A DNA stretch of 64,000 bases, taken from the IMG/VR virus record IMGVR_UViG_3300042197_004918, positions 1-64,000 of that record. The stretch is one strand, 5' to 3'. Positions 1-9,123 of this stretch are shown here, one piece after another. The first letter of the stretch is position 1. Each line of letters opens with the position of its first letter. This DNA comes from a virus. Made by a program: the position numbers and the translations under genes. The notes beneath the pieces are model-generated. The model had not been told where the DNA came from and ran no database searches. It worked only from the letters and a program-made list of their open reading frames with translations.

Positions 1-371
1 TCCGGAAGTTGGGCAGACTTCTCGTTGACTTCGAGTTATTCCGTCTCCGGAAGTTTCTCGGATTCCGGAAGTTGGGCAGACTTCTCGTTGACTTCGAGTT
101 ATTCCGTCTCCGGAAGTTTCTCGGATTCCGGAAGTTGGGCAGACTTCTCGTTGACTTCGAGTTATTCCGTCTCCGGAAGTTTCTCGGATTCCGGAAGTTG
201 GGCAGACTTCTCGTTGACTTCGAGTTATTCCGTCTCCGGAAGTTTCTCGGAGACTTCGAGTTATTCCGTCTCCGGAAGTTTCTCGGAGACTTCGAGTTAT
301 TCCGTCTCCGGAAGTTTCTCGGAGACTTCGAGTTATTCCGTCTCCGGAAGTTTCTCGGAGACTTCGAGTTA
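1..371 (+). repeat. Perfect coding tandem repeats: about 4 x 63 nt, then 36-nt units
   Basis: 63-nt units start at 1, 64, 127 and 190; 36-nt unit ACTTCGAGTTATTCCGTCTCCGGAAGTTTCTCGGAG at 217, 253, 289 and 325, partial at 361. Confidence 0.95.
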
Positions 372-972
372 TACGAATATGATGTATTATGGGATTGTTC
401 CCACATTTGTAGATTCTGGGTCTATATGGATGGATACAGATAAAAAATCTGTTTTTGTCGGTAATAGTGGGTTGAATCATGCTTTAGCGGGGGTAGTCTA
501 TACTCAGACCTCAACGGTGAATGTGTCAAACACTGTAGATTTAATTTCATTGACAGGTTCGGGGGTAGGTCAGATGAGTTTTCCACCCAACTTTTTAACT
601 GTCGGAAAAACTGTGAGGTTCCGGGTCGTGGGGGTTCATTCTTCCACGGCCAGTCCTACGGTTTTCGTGAATGTTAAGTTGAATGAAGCAACAGGTTCTA
701 TAGTTCCGACGAATTCGGGAAATGGATCAAATGACACGTTTATTATTGAATCCGATGTAACATGTATTTCAGTTGGGTCCCCCGGATCGGTTAATATGAA
801 TGGATATTACATGGAACTTCATAATTCCGGTATTAGAAAAGGATTTTGTTTTTCAGCTGTTCCTATAGACACAACTGTTGAAATATTTCCTGATATAGAG
901 TTTGCTTGGGGCGTAGCGGATGCCGGAAATACACTGGAAACATCCACTTTCTCAATTGAAATTTTGAATTGA
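1..972 (+). CDS. Ser-rich repeat tail fibre/structural protein, C-terminal fragment (5' truncated by window)
   Basis: Frame is open from base 1; SGSWADFSLTSSYSVSGSFSD/TSSYSVSGSFSE repeats are followed by a beta-rich C-terminal domain; lies upstream of the tail sheath. Confidence 0.6.
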   Translation, partial: SGSWADFSLTSSYSVSGSFSDSGSWADFSLTSSYSVSGSFSDSGSWADFSLTSSYSVSGSFSDSGSWADFSLTSSYSVSGSFSETSSYSVSGSFSETSSYSVSGSFSETSSYSVSGSFSETSSYTNMMYYGIVPTFVDSGSIWMDTDKKSVFVGNSGLNHALAGVVYTQTSTVNVSNTVDLISLTGSGVGQMSFPPNFLTVGKTVRFRVVGVHSSTASPTVFVNVKLNEATGSIVPTNSGNGSNDTFIIESDVTCISVGSPGSVNMNGYYMELHNSGIRKGFCFSAVPIDTTVEIFPDIEFAWGVADAGNTLETSTFSIEILN

Positions 973-1016
973 GGTTTATAAAAAAATTTAGGTCGGCAGA
1001 GTTTATATGTATTGGT

Positions 1017-1190
1017 ATGAATGAAACCGTTGATATTAAGAAGCTTTCTGATATTGAAATTAAAGCGTTGGCCTACGATGAACTGGCTAGGCTTGAGATG
1101 TGTCAAAATAATTTGAAGGTTTTGAATCAAGAGTTACAGTCACGAAACACTCGTTCCACCTCCCTTGATAGACCAATATCGACAAAGTGA
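1017..1190 (+). CDS. small coiled-coil hypothetical protein
   Basis: ATG at 1017 directly after a TATGTATT octamer; heptad-like helix. Confidence 0.6.
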   Translation: MNETVDIKKLSDIEIKALAYDELARLEMCQNNLKVLNQELQSRNTRSTSLDRPISTK

Positions 1191-1191
1191 T

Positions 1192-1473
1192 ATGAATACC
1201 CAAAAATTTTCAGAAGAAGATATTGATTCGATTAAGTCGTTGCAATCCAAATATCAAGAAAAGCTTATATTTTTTGGTCAGCTTACCCTTGAGAGACTGT
1301 CTATTGAACAATCTATAAAAAACCTCAACGACGTTGAGAATAAGGCTAAAGCCGAGTATTTGGAGTTACAGAAAGAGGAGGAATCTTTGATCGAGTCTCT
1401 AAGTTCTAAGTATGGCGACGGAACGCTTAATCTAAAAGACGGAACGTTCACACCTTCCCAAATAATCCCATAA
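1192..1473 (+). CDS. coiled-coil phage protein (KYGDGTLNLKDGTF C-terminus)
   Basis: ATG at 1192; long acidic coiled coil with a C-terminal motif I recall from T4-like phage hypotheticals. Confidence 0.7.
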   Translation: MNTQKFSEEDIDSIKSLQSKYQEKLIFFGQLTLERLSIEQSIKNLNDVENKAKAEYLELQKEEESLIESLSSKYGDGTLNLKDGTFTPSQIIP

Positions 1474-1500
1474 ATAGTTAAGGTTTCAAAAATTTGAGTA

Positions 1501-1508
1501 TATTTATA
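1501..1508 (+). promoter_or_regulatory. putative late promoter octamer TATTTATA
   Basis: Recurrent octamer, 11 nt upstream of ATG 1520; likely also drives the tail sheath. Confidence 0.6.
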
Positions 1509-1519
1509 CTTAGATTTAA

Positions 1520-2191
1520 ATGAACCGTCCATACAAACTTATAGTTAAAAATGCTATAAATTCAGGAATAGTCACTTTTTCCGAAGGTAATTTCCTGTTG
1601 AAATGTGTAGAATGTTCGTGTGTCAGACTTCTCAAAACGAGAGAATCGGTTCGTAGAGCTTTGGTATCAAAACGGAGTTGTTTGTCGTGTTCTAATTCCA
1701 AAAAAGTAAAAGGAATTAAGTTTACCGATGAGAGGAAGTTAGTTAACTCGAACGCCCAGAAAAAAAGATATACAAATCCATCAGAGTCTCTTAGGACTTC
1801 GGTGGATGTGTCAACTGCAATGAATCGACCAGATGTCAAAAAAAGACATATGGATGCTTTGTTTAAGTCTGGATATCTCGGACCAAAAATGGATGTCGGT
1901 CAACCGGAGATGTTGGGTAAGTGGAATAGGTTGGGGTTTAATTTCGTTCCAAATTTCAAGTTAAAAGGAGAGGCTTCGTTATTTTACTTGGATGGTTATG
2001 ATGAAGAAAATAACGTCGTATTCGAGTATGATACCTCATATCATAAAAAACTTAGTCAGAAAGTTAAAGATACTTTCCGTCAAGATGTAATTATTAGAAT
2101 TTTAAATCCAAAATCATTTTGGAGATATGATGCAGTTGAAAAGAAGTTCAACTGTGTTTATAGAAACAATAACAGTGTTTTCAACACATAA
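1520..2191 (+). CDS. freestanding homing-endonuclease-like protein (Zn finger, basic DNA-binding region, PD-(D/E)xK/Vsr-like nuclease)
   Basis: CxxC..CxxC pairs, Lys/Arg-rich middle, C-terminal FYLDGYDEENNVVFEYDTSYH...D..RQ. Confidence 0.65.
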   Translation: MNRPYKLIVKNAINSGIVTFSEGNFLLKCVECSCVRLLKTRESVRRALVSKRSCLSCSNSKKVKGIKFTDERKLVNSNAQKKRYTNPSESLRTSVDVSTAMNRPDVKKRHMDALFKSGYLGPKMDVGQPEMLGKWNRLGFNFVPNFKLKGEASLFYLDGYDEENNVVFEYDTSYHKKLSQKVKDTFRQDVIIRILNPKSFWRYDAVEKKFNCVYRNNNSVFNT

Positions 2192-2207
2192 ATAGAAAGA
2201 ACATCGC

Positions 2208-5200
2208 ATGCCAATCACTGAAGGTGGTAAATTTAGTCCCGTGGACCGCGTCGTTAGTCCCGGAGTTTTCACACGAGAGAACGACTTGAGCGGCCTCGCT
2301 CAAGGAGTCGCTGACATCGGTGGTGCTATCGTAGCGCCATTTGCAAAGGGTCCCGGTTTTGCACCAACATTAATCCGAAGCGTCTCTGAACTTGAAGAGA
2401 AATTCGGTGTCGCTGATGGTGTTTATTATGGACCTTACACCGCTAAAGAGTATCTTAAAGAACAAGGTCAAGTCACCGTCTGTCGTGTAGGAGCTTTGAC
2501 GGGATACAAGCAGAGCAACCCTCTGATGATTTATGCTATTCCGGGAAGCTGGACAAGGCTTGAAGTTTCCGCATCCGTAGAGACGGGTTCTATTGGAAAT
2601 GCTATTCCATCTTACGCTGAGAGCACCGGCGGTTCTACAACTGTAACTGATTTTATCACTCCTCACTCCTCAAGCTTTACCGCAAGTTTGACCACTGGTC
2701 ACATAAGCATGAGCGCAGTGTTGACGGTGACGTTCGAGAATAATACAAGTTCTTTCTTGCCAGCTGGTTCTGGAAGTTTGGAATACGCTGGTGTAACCGT
2801 TATCGCGGGAACTATCAACATCAACACCGGTTCCGCTGCAACAGTTTATATCACGTCCAGTATTCAGGGTAACTCGACCAAGACAGCAGCAGAGAAGTTT
2901 TCTCAGGCGTTGCTTGAGTCAACCGAAACGGTTTCTAACTTCTCGATGAGTTTCGTTACTCTGAACGTCACCGCGTCGTCAACATTTGACGTTGTGAGCG
3001 GCACATCATTGAAGCTTCAAAACGCAGTCTTTAAGGCCTACCGGTCTTCCGGTGGTTGTGGAACTGTATTGTATCTCGCAGCAGGACAGTTGAGTGGTTC
3101 TTTCGGACCTTACACTGGAACATTCACATCTTCAAGTGTTGTGAGTGCAGACCCATGTGCTTCGACCTCAAGTGCGGCTCTTCCTCAAGTTCTTGCTATT
3201 CTTGCTAACACACGAAATGCCACCCAAACGACCAGTGACTTGAGTGTTCCTGGTTTCAGTGGTTCTGTGTTGTCAACTATCACCGCCTCCTCTGGAGCTG
3301 CCGGTGTTTCGGAGAGGGCTACAGTTCTTAACTTCGCAATTCAGTTGAGCAGTTCAGCTGGTTCTGGTTTTGGAACATATGATTTCTCACTTGATCCAAA
3401 TAGCTCCAAGTATATAACCTCGGTGTTCGGAAACGACCCGACGGCTGGAAATCCTTCCACTCAAGTCAGTGGTCAAAAGATTGAGGCTGCCTATATCTAC
3501 CGTATCTTCGAGGATACTATCGCCCGTGTTAAGGCTGATAAGAAGAATTGGATGATTGGTATGGGAACCTCGGTTGAAGGTCAAGTTCGTGTTGGTGATG
3601 TATTGAACTTCACTGATGCAGCTTCTTTGACACCTTCTACGGCTGACAGTGAGTTTGCTTTGACTAACGCTTTCACCCCTTGGGTAACGTCTCAGACGGT
3701 TGCTCCTTGGAAGGGTGCAAGTGGAACGTCTGTTTCTACTAAGTATGACTTGTTCAAACTTCATACTCTTGGTGACGGAACGGCTGAAAACACCCGATTC
3801 AAGATTGAAATAAGTAACGTTCGTCTCGCTGGACAAGTTCCTGGCTCTGACTATGGTTCGTTCACCTTGAGCGTTCGTGATTTCAGTGACACGGAGAAAC
3901 GTCCTAAGATTTTGGAGACTTTCCAAAACTTGTCGATGGACCCAAATTCCGCCAACTTTATTGCTCGTAGGATCGGTGACAAGTATAACTACATCACCTT
4001 CGCTGGTAAGATTGTTGAGTTTGGAACATACTCCACATTGAGCAAGTATATCCGAGTCGAAATGACCACGGATACGTATCCTGTGGCAGCGGTTCCTTAT
4101 GGATTCCGTGCTTACTCGACACCTATTAACAGTAACTACAGCAGCTTCCTACCTCCTATGAAGTATACGAAGGCTTCCACATACAGTGAGTCGCCAGGTC
4201 GTTATGCCTCAGGTGTTATGATTGGTGATGTCCCGGTCGGTGCAAGTGATGACCTCGCTGCATTGTATCCAACGGCTTCCGCTGGAGTTGGTTGTGACAG
4301 AGATAACGAACAGTATTTCGCTCCTCTACCGGCGTTTGGTTCTAATGATTCAAACGGTGAGAATGAAGACTTCGATTTGGAGACAAATTATAGTTCAAGT
4401 GGAGTGACTGCCGGTAACGGAGTTCCTTCTTATTATGTCGCTGCTGATGAGGTAACTAACGTCAAGAAACGTAAGTTCATCATGGGTATGCAAGGTGGAT
4501 TTGATGGTCAATGGCCTGCCGTTCCTATAAATGTCGGTTCTGACATTATTGCTGGAAATACGCAGGGATTGAATTGCACAAGTATAACAAGCGCAGGAAG
4601 CGTCGGTTATAAACAGTGTGTGGCTGCTCTTGGAAATGCCGACGAGTTCGATATTAACCTTATCGTGACACCTGGTATCTTCTCAAGTCTCCACTCCTAC
4701 GTCACGAATCTTGTGATTGATATGTGTGAAGCTCGTGGTGATTGTTTCTACATCATGGATAACGTTGTGTTCCCTGCTTCAAATCAAAGCACAGGACTTA
4801 TTGACGCAGCAGTTGCTCAGGCGGAAACGTTTGACAGTAACTATGTCGCAACCTATTATCCTTGGGTGAAGATCCTTGACACGAATCTTAACAGAATCGT
4901 AAGTGTTCCTCCGTCTGTTGTGTTGCCTGCTGTATATGCCGCAAACGATAATTCGGCTGCCGAGTGGTTCGCTCCTGCTGGTTTGAACCGTGGTGGAATT
5001 AGTCAGGCTGTTCAAGTTATGGACAGGTTGACCCACCAGGAACGTGATACTCTCTACGAGGGACGTGTCAATCCTATCGCTGCTTTCCCTGGTCAGGGAA
5101 TTTCAGTGTGGGGTCAAAAGACCCTACAGGTCACCCCAAGTGCATTGGATCGTGTCAATGTTCGCCGTCTGCTTATCGCATTGAAGAAGTTTATTGCTTC

Positions 5201-5468
5201 GTCATCTAAGTTCTTGGTGTTCGAGCAGAACGTCGCTGTGACACGTAACAAGTTCTTGGCTATCGTCAATCCTTACTTGGAGAGTGTTCAACAGAGAAGT
5301 GGTTTGTATGCCTTCCAGGTGGTTATGGATGAGAGCAACAACACCCCTGACTTGGTGGACAGAAATGTTCTCTATGGACAGATTTATCTACAGCCTGCTA
5401 AGACTGCTGAATTCATCATCCTTGACTTCAACATTCTTCCTACTGGCGCTACTTTCCCAAGTGCTTAA
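2208..5468 (+). CDS. gp18: tail sheath protein (T4 gp18-like) with large Ser/Thr-rich insertion
   Basis: N-terminal SPGVFTREND; C-terminal WFAPAGLNRG, RVNPI, WGQKTL, RVNVRRL, FEQN, NNTPDLVDRN, IYLQPAKTAEFI. Confidence 0.95.
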   Translation: MPITEGGKFSPVDRVVSPGVFTRENDLSGLAQGVADIGGAIVAPFAKGPGFAPTLIRSVSELEEKFGVADGVYYGPYTAKEYLKEQGQVTVCRVGALTGYKQSNPLMIYAIPGSWTRLEVSASVETGSIGNAIPSYAESTGGSTTVTDFITPHSSSFTASLTTGHISMSAVLTVTFENNTSSFLPAGSGSLEYAGVTVIAGTININTGSAATVYITSSIQGNSTKTAAEKFSQALLESTETVSNFSMSFVTLNVTASSTFDVVSGTSLKLQNAVFKAYRSSGGCGTVLYLAAGQLSGSFGPYTGTFTSSSVVSADPCASTSSAALPQVLAILANTRNATQTTSDLSVPGFSGSVLSTITASSGAAGVSERATVLNFAIQLSSSAGSGFGTYDFSLDPNSSKYITSVFGNDPTAGNPSTQVSGQKIEAAYIYRIFEDTIARVKADKKNWMIGMGTSVEGQVRVGDVLNFTDAASLTPSTADSEFALTNAFTPWVTSQTVAPWKGASGTSVSTKYDLFKLHTLGDGTAENTRFKIEISNVRLAGQVPGSDYGSFTLSVRDFSDTEKRPKILETFQNLSMDPNSANFIARRIGDKYNYITFAGKIVEFGTYSTLSKYIRVEMTTDTYPVAAVPYGFRAYSTPINSNYSSFLPPMKYTKASTYSESPGRYASGVMIGDVPVGASDDLAALYPTASAGVGCDRDNEQYFAPLPAFGSNDSNGENEDFDLETNYSSSGVTAGNGVPSYYVAADEVTNVKKRKFIMGMQGGFDGQWPAVPINVGSDIIAGNTQGLNCTSITSAGSVGYKQCVAALGNADEFDINLIVTPGIFSSLHSYVTNLVIDMCEARGDCFYIMDNVVFPASNQSTGLIDAAVAQAETFDSNYVATYYPWVKILDTNLNRIVSVPPSVVLPAVYAANDNSAAEWFAPAGLNRGGISQAVQVMDRLTHQERDTLYEGRVNPIAAFPGQGISVWGQKTLQVTPSALDRVNVRRLLIALKKFIASSSKFLVFEQNVAVTRNKFLAIVNPYLESVQQRSGLYAFQVVMDESNNTPDLVDRNVLYGQIYLQPAKTAEFIILDFNILPTGATFPSA

Positions 5469-5488
5469 TAGTAAATAAGAAATTCGAG

Positions 5489-5524
5489 AAGAACTCCGAG
5501 AGAAACACTCGGAGTTCTTTTTTT
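5489..5524 (+). terminator. intrinsic terminator after sheath
   Basis: AAGAACTCCGAG / CTCGGAGTTCTT stem followed by a T-run. Confidence 0.9.
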
Positions 5525-5570
5525 GTCCAGTTAAATAAGAGTCTGTGCAATCTGTTTGATATTTATTGCT

Positions 5571-5756
5571 ATGAAAAACGCAAGTTCAAATATTGAATTT
5601 GTCGAGTATAATGACAACGATTTAAGTCATGTTTTGTCTGGTCCTGATTTTGGGCAACCCACTTGTTCGGATTGGAGCATAGACTCTTCTTTTGAGAAAT
5701 TTTATCTCGATAGATATACCTTCGACGGATTTTCTTTCAGACTCCTATTAGCATAA
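5571..5756 (+). CDS. small hypothetical protein
   Basis: ATG 3 nt after TATTTATT (5560-5567); 61 aa. Confidence 0.4.
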   Translation: MKNASSNIEFVEYNDNDLSHVLSGPDFGQPTCSDWSIDSSFEKFYLDRYTFDGFSFRLLLA

Positions 5757-5767
5757 TTGTCCCCAGG

Positions 5768-5833
5768 TGCTTGCTTATGCTTGATGCTTATTTCTATCTC
5801 TAGTTACTTTTGCTTGCTTATGCTTAGCTGCTT
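5768..5833. repeat. intergenic TGCTT iteron cluster with 15-bp direct repeat TGCTTGCTTATGCTT
   Basis: 15-mer at 5768 and 5811; eight TGCTT pentamers in 66 bp. Confidence 0.85.
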
Positions 5834-5841
5834 ATTGCTGT

Positions 5842-5890
5842 ACACTACAACTTTAAATTAAATTGTCAACTATTTATATTGTGGTATGAT
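5842..5890. promoter_or_regulatory. divergent sigma70-like promoters sharing a TTGTCAA -35 site
   Basis: Plus: TTGTCA(5863)-16-TATGAT(5885) with extended TG; minus: TTGACA(5869-5864)-16-TAGTGT(5847-5842); TATTTATA also at 5871. Confidence 0.6.
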
Positions 5891-5899
5891 AATTTTATT

Positions 5900-6412
5900 A
5901 TGACTGATAAAGATGTAACGGTGTTTCTCGACATGGATGGTGTTCTCTGCACATTTGAAGAGGATTTCATCAGATTGACCGGTAAACACCCTGATGTATA
6001 TGAAGAAGAGTTTGGCGAAAAGAAATACTGGAATTTCATTCTTGACCAAGGTTCAAGTTTTTGGGAGAAACTGACTCCTACCCCAGATATGGAAGAACTT
6101 AAATCATATGTGTTCTCACATTTCCTGAGAATTGGTATCTTAAGCAGCTCAAGCAAGAAAAACCACGGGTCAAATGTGGTTAAACAGGGTAAGCTGAAGT
6201 GGTTAAAAAATCATGGATTCTTAGACAAGATACCGAACAACAATGTAATAATCGTTGATTCAGCTCAAGATAAAAAACGTCATGCTTGGAACAACAAAAT
6301 TTTGGTGGATGATTATGATAAGAATGTAAAGTCTTGGGTCGGTGCAGGAGGAATCGGGATCTTACACAAGTCCGCTAGGAATTCTATAAAAGAACTATCA
6401 CGCTATGCTTAA
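5900..6412 (+). CDS. HAD-family 5'(3')-deoxyribonucleotidase
   Basis: FLDMDGVL motif I, ILSS motif II, ILVDD...N motif IV, GGIGILH C-terminus. Confidence 0.85.
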   Translation: MTDKDVTVFLDMDGVLCTFEEDFIRLTGKHPDVYEEEFGEKKYWNFILDQGSSFWEKLTPTPDMEELKSYVFSHFLRIGILSSSSKKNHGSNVVKQGKLKWLKNHGFLDKIPNNNVIIVDSAQDKKRHAWNNKILVDDYDKNVKSWVGAGGIGILHKSARNSIKELSRYA

Positions 6413-7103
6413 CCAACGGGTCTATAATCCAAAACTAAACCCAGCTATCTGGGATGAATCTGGCAACATCCACCCGGATGTTGCAGCACACCTGTTGAAG
6501 ATAGGCAAGGACTTCTATGCTGATGTAGAGCTTAAAGCTAAGCTCCAGGACGTAATTTTACTAGGCAGTTCAGCTAACTATAATTGGACCCCAGATAGCG
6601 ACATTGATATACATTTGGTCATAGACACAGATGAACTAGGGATGCCTGACGAGGAAACCACCGCAAACTACTTGGATGCTTTAAAATCTAAGTGGAACTC
6701 TGACCACAATATCACCGTTAAGGGTCATAAAGTGGAAACATACATCCAAGACGTTGAGCACAAGACCCATGCCACGGGAATCTTTTCTTTATTAAAGAAT
6801 CAGTGGTTGGTTAAACCCGTCCGGGAGAAGGTAGAATTGGATAGAGATTTGATAAAAAAGATGTTCGGAGAATACATCGGCAAGATAAACAAAGTAATAC
6901 AATCTCCCTCACCCGAAAAACTTAAAGCACTACTTGACGATATTTATCAAATGAGACAGAAAGGGCTTGACTCAAAGGGAGAATTAAGCACAGAAAATCT
7001 CGTCTTTAAACTTATCAGAAGTAAGGGGTATCTCGAAAAAATCCGTGAACTCAAGATTAAAATTTATGATAAGGGTGTAAGCTTGAATGAACGTCGAAAA
7101 TGA
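6405..7103 (+). CDS. Pol-beta superfamily nucleotidyltransferase
   Basis: LLGSSANYNW...SDIDIHLV (hG[GS]...DxD) and a third acidic residue in VETYIQD. Confidence 0.8.
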   Translation: MLNQRVYNPKLNPAIWDESGNIHPDVAAHLLKIGKDFYADVELKAKLQDVILLGSSANYNWTPDSDIDIHLVIDTDELGMPDEETTANYLDALKSKWNSDHNITVKGHKVETYIQDVEHKTHATGIFSLLKNQWLVKPVREKVELDRDLIKKMFGEYIGKINKVIQSPSPEKLKALLDDIYQMRQKGLDSKGELSTENLVFKLIRSKGYLEKIRELKIKIYDKGVSLNERRK

Positions 7104-7161
7104 GAGACATAACAAAAACGTCGGTTTTCTTTATTTCTTATCTTTTTTTTGAAACGGTGTA

Positions 7162-7169
7162 TATTTATA
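7162..7169 (+). promoter_or_regulatory. putative late promoter octamer TATTTATA
   Basis: Upstream of the tail tube gene, which also has an AAGGA SD-like sequence. Confidence 0.6.
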
Positions 7170-7199
7170 ATTGACATTCTAATATAAGGAAACACACAT

Positions 7200-7694
7200 A
7201 TGGCTGACTTACTACAATCAAACGAGATCTTCTACTCAAGTTTTGAGCCGAAGGTTCAGAACAGATTTATCATGTATCTCGACGGAATCCCATCATTCCT
7301 AATCAAGAAGTGTGACCGACCAAAGCCAAACTCCGTGAAGAAAGTTTTGGACCATATCAATCTCCAGCGTTACTACAAGGGTAAGACCGTATGGGACCCA
7401 ATCACCATCGCTCTCTACGACCCAATCGCTCCGTCCGGTGCTCAAGCAGTCATGGAATGGGTTCGCTTACACCACGAGTCAGTGACCGGTCGCGACGGAT
7501 ATGCCGATTTCTACAAGAAGGATGTCACCATCAATGTGTTAGGCCCAGTCGGAGACAAGGTCGAGGAATGGACGCTCAAGGGCGCATGGATCAGCGGAGC
7601 CACAAACTTCGGAACACTGGAATGGTCAAACGACGGCGACCATATTCCGATTGAAATGGAACTCACTTACGATTACGCAATTTTACAGTTCTAA
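7200..7694 (+). CDS. gp19: tail tube protein (T4 gp19-like)
   Basis: 164 aa downstream of sheath; FEPKVQNRF, WDPITIALYD, EWTLKGAW, LTYDYA. Confidence 0.9.
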   Translation: MADLLQSNEIFYSSFEPKVQNRFIMYLDGIPSFLIKKCDRPKPNSVKKVLDHINLQRYYKGKTVWDPITIALYDPIAPSGAQAVMEWVRLHHESVTGRDGYADFYKKDVTINVLGPVGDKVEEWTLKGAWISGATNFGTLEWSNDGDHIPIEMELTYDYAILQF

Positions 7695-7712
7695 TCGAAC
7701 AAAATCTTTCAG

Positions 7713-7743
7713 AAACCTCCAACCTCACGGTATGGAGGTTTTT
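7713..7743 (+). terminator. intrinsic terminator after tail tube
   Basis: AAACCTCCA / TGGAGGTTT stem plus T-run. Confidence 0.75.
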
Positions 7744-7800
7744 GATGTCCCAACACAATATCTTACATCCTTCTTTAAATTTTTGATATTTATAGTTCAT

Positions 7801-8196
7801 ATGAATAAACTGAATCTAAAATCCCTAATAAAGTCTATTATCAAAGAATCTATAACAGAGGCCAATCGAGGAAATTTTAATATCCAATCGACAGTAGCTA
7901 AAGAATTGGGTGCTTTTAAAAAGGTGGTATCTTTAATAGATAGAAAAATAAGAGATTCATTGATAGGAAAACCAATGACAGGAGAGAAGGTATCTGGAGG
8001 AGATCCCTATGACAGAAACGCCCGCAGAAAATCAAAATCCACAACAATAAAAGACGTAAATGTAGAAATAAGCTGGAAATCTAAGAAAGAGTTTGGGTCG
8101 GCGGACAAAAATTCTGACAACCACCTTTATCTATATGTTTATGCTAAATCCGACGATGTGGATGCCGGAGAAGTAATATTTAGCGATTATGTATAA
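7801..8196 (+). CDS. hypothetical protein, putative internal virion protein
   Basis: ATG 6 nt after TATTTATA (7787-7794); N-terminal LKSLIKSIIKESITE motif. Confidence 0.65.
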   Translation: MNKLNLKSLIKSIIKESITEANRGNFNIQSTVAKELGAFKKVVSLIDRKIRDSLIGKPMTGEKVSGGDPYDRNARRKSKSTTIKDVNVEISWKSKKEFGSADKNSDNHLYLYVYAKSDDVDAGEVIFSDYV

Positions 8197-8198
8197 TA

Positions 8199-9068
8199 AT
8201 GAAAGTCTTTGCTATATACCCAGGTCGATTCCACCCTTTTCATAAAGGGCATAAAGGTGTATACGATTGGTTATCTGCAAAATTCGGACAAGAATCGGTT
8301 TACATTACAATGACTGGAGTTACCGACCCAATAAAATCTCCGTTCACATTTGAGGAACGGAAGAAGATGGTTGGGTTGACCGGTGTAGACCCGACCCATG
8401 TAATTCAAGTCACAAATAATTACAATTTAGCTCCTCTTGTAAATCAGTTACCGATTGACATCAACAAGGACGCAATATTCTTCACCGTATCACAGAAGGA
8501 TATGTCTGACGACCCACGATTTAAAAGTTTCACCAAGAAAGACGGTTCTCCATCATACCTTCAGCTTCTACCCAAGGATTCAAAGGAAATCAAACCCGCG
8601 ATAACACATGGGTATTTAATTGTGGCTCCAACGACTACATTTAAGGTTTTAGGTAAAGACGCAAGTTCTGCATCTGAACTCAGGAGCGACTTCATCGGAC
8701 TAGACGATGAGAGTAAAAAGAGGTTTGTGACAGACTTGTTCGGTAAATTCGATCAAGAGGTTTACGACATTATGAACAGTAAATTAAACCGTCAACTTAA
8801 AGAGATGATTAAGCGGATAATAAAGGAAGACTTCGACTCCGATATATTGGGCCTTACCAAGAAACGGGATACGATGGATTACGAAATTGAGAAACTACGT
8901 CTCAAGAAATCTCTCCTTGCAATGAAAACTCATGTTGAAAACATGAAAACGATAGAACAGAATGGTGGGGATATAGAGAATGCAAAGAAACAGTTGGATG
9001 CCATGAAAAAAGATGTGGATGTTGCTAAGAAGAGGGTATCTGCTGCGGGAATAAAACGGACTGCTTAA
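8199..9068 (+). CDS. HIGH-family cytidylyl/adenylyltransferase (NMNAT/NadM-like) with C-terminal coiled coil
   Basis: YPGRFHPFHKGH (HxGH), SPFTFEERKKM, SASELR. Confidence 0.8.
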   Translation: MKVFAIYPGRFHPFHKGHKGVYDWLSAKFGQESVYITMTGVTDPIKSPFTFEERKKMVGLTGVDPTHVIQVTNNYNLAPLVNQLPIDINKDAIFFTVSQKDMSDDPRFKSFTKKDGSPSYLQLLPKDSKEIKPAITHGYLIVAPTTTFKVLGKDASSASELRSDFIGLDDESKKRFVTDLFGKFDQEVYDIMNSKLNRQLKEMIKRIIKEDFDSDILGLTKKRDTMDYEIEKLRLKKSLLAMKTHVENMKTIEQNGGDIENAKKQLDAMKKDVDVAKKRVSAAGIKRTA

Positions 9069-9123
9069 TCATAATAAAAAAACAAAAAATCCCACCCATA
9101 GACTATGTATAGTCAAATAGTTT

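Noticed and set aside
1-371. 36-nt repeats with 27-nt intervals resembling a CRISPR array
   Set aside because: The intervals are identical, later units have none, all units are multiples of 3 in an open frame, and no cas genes are present
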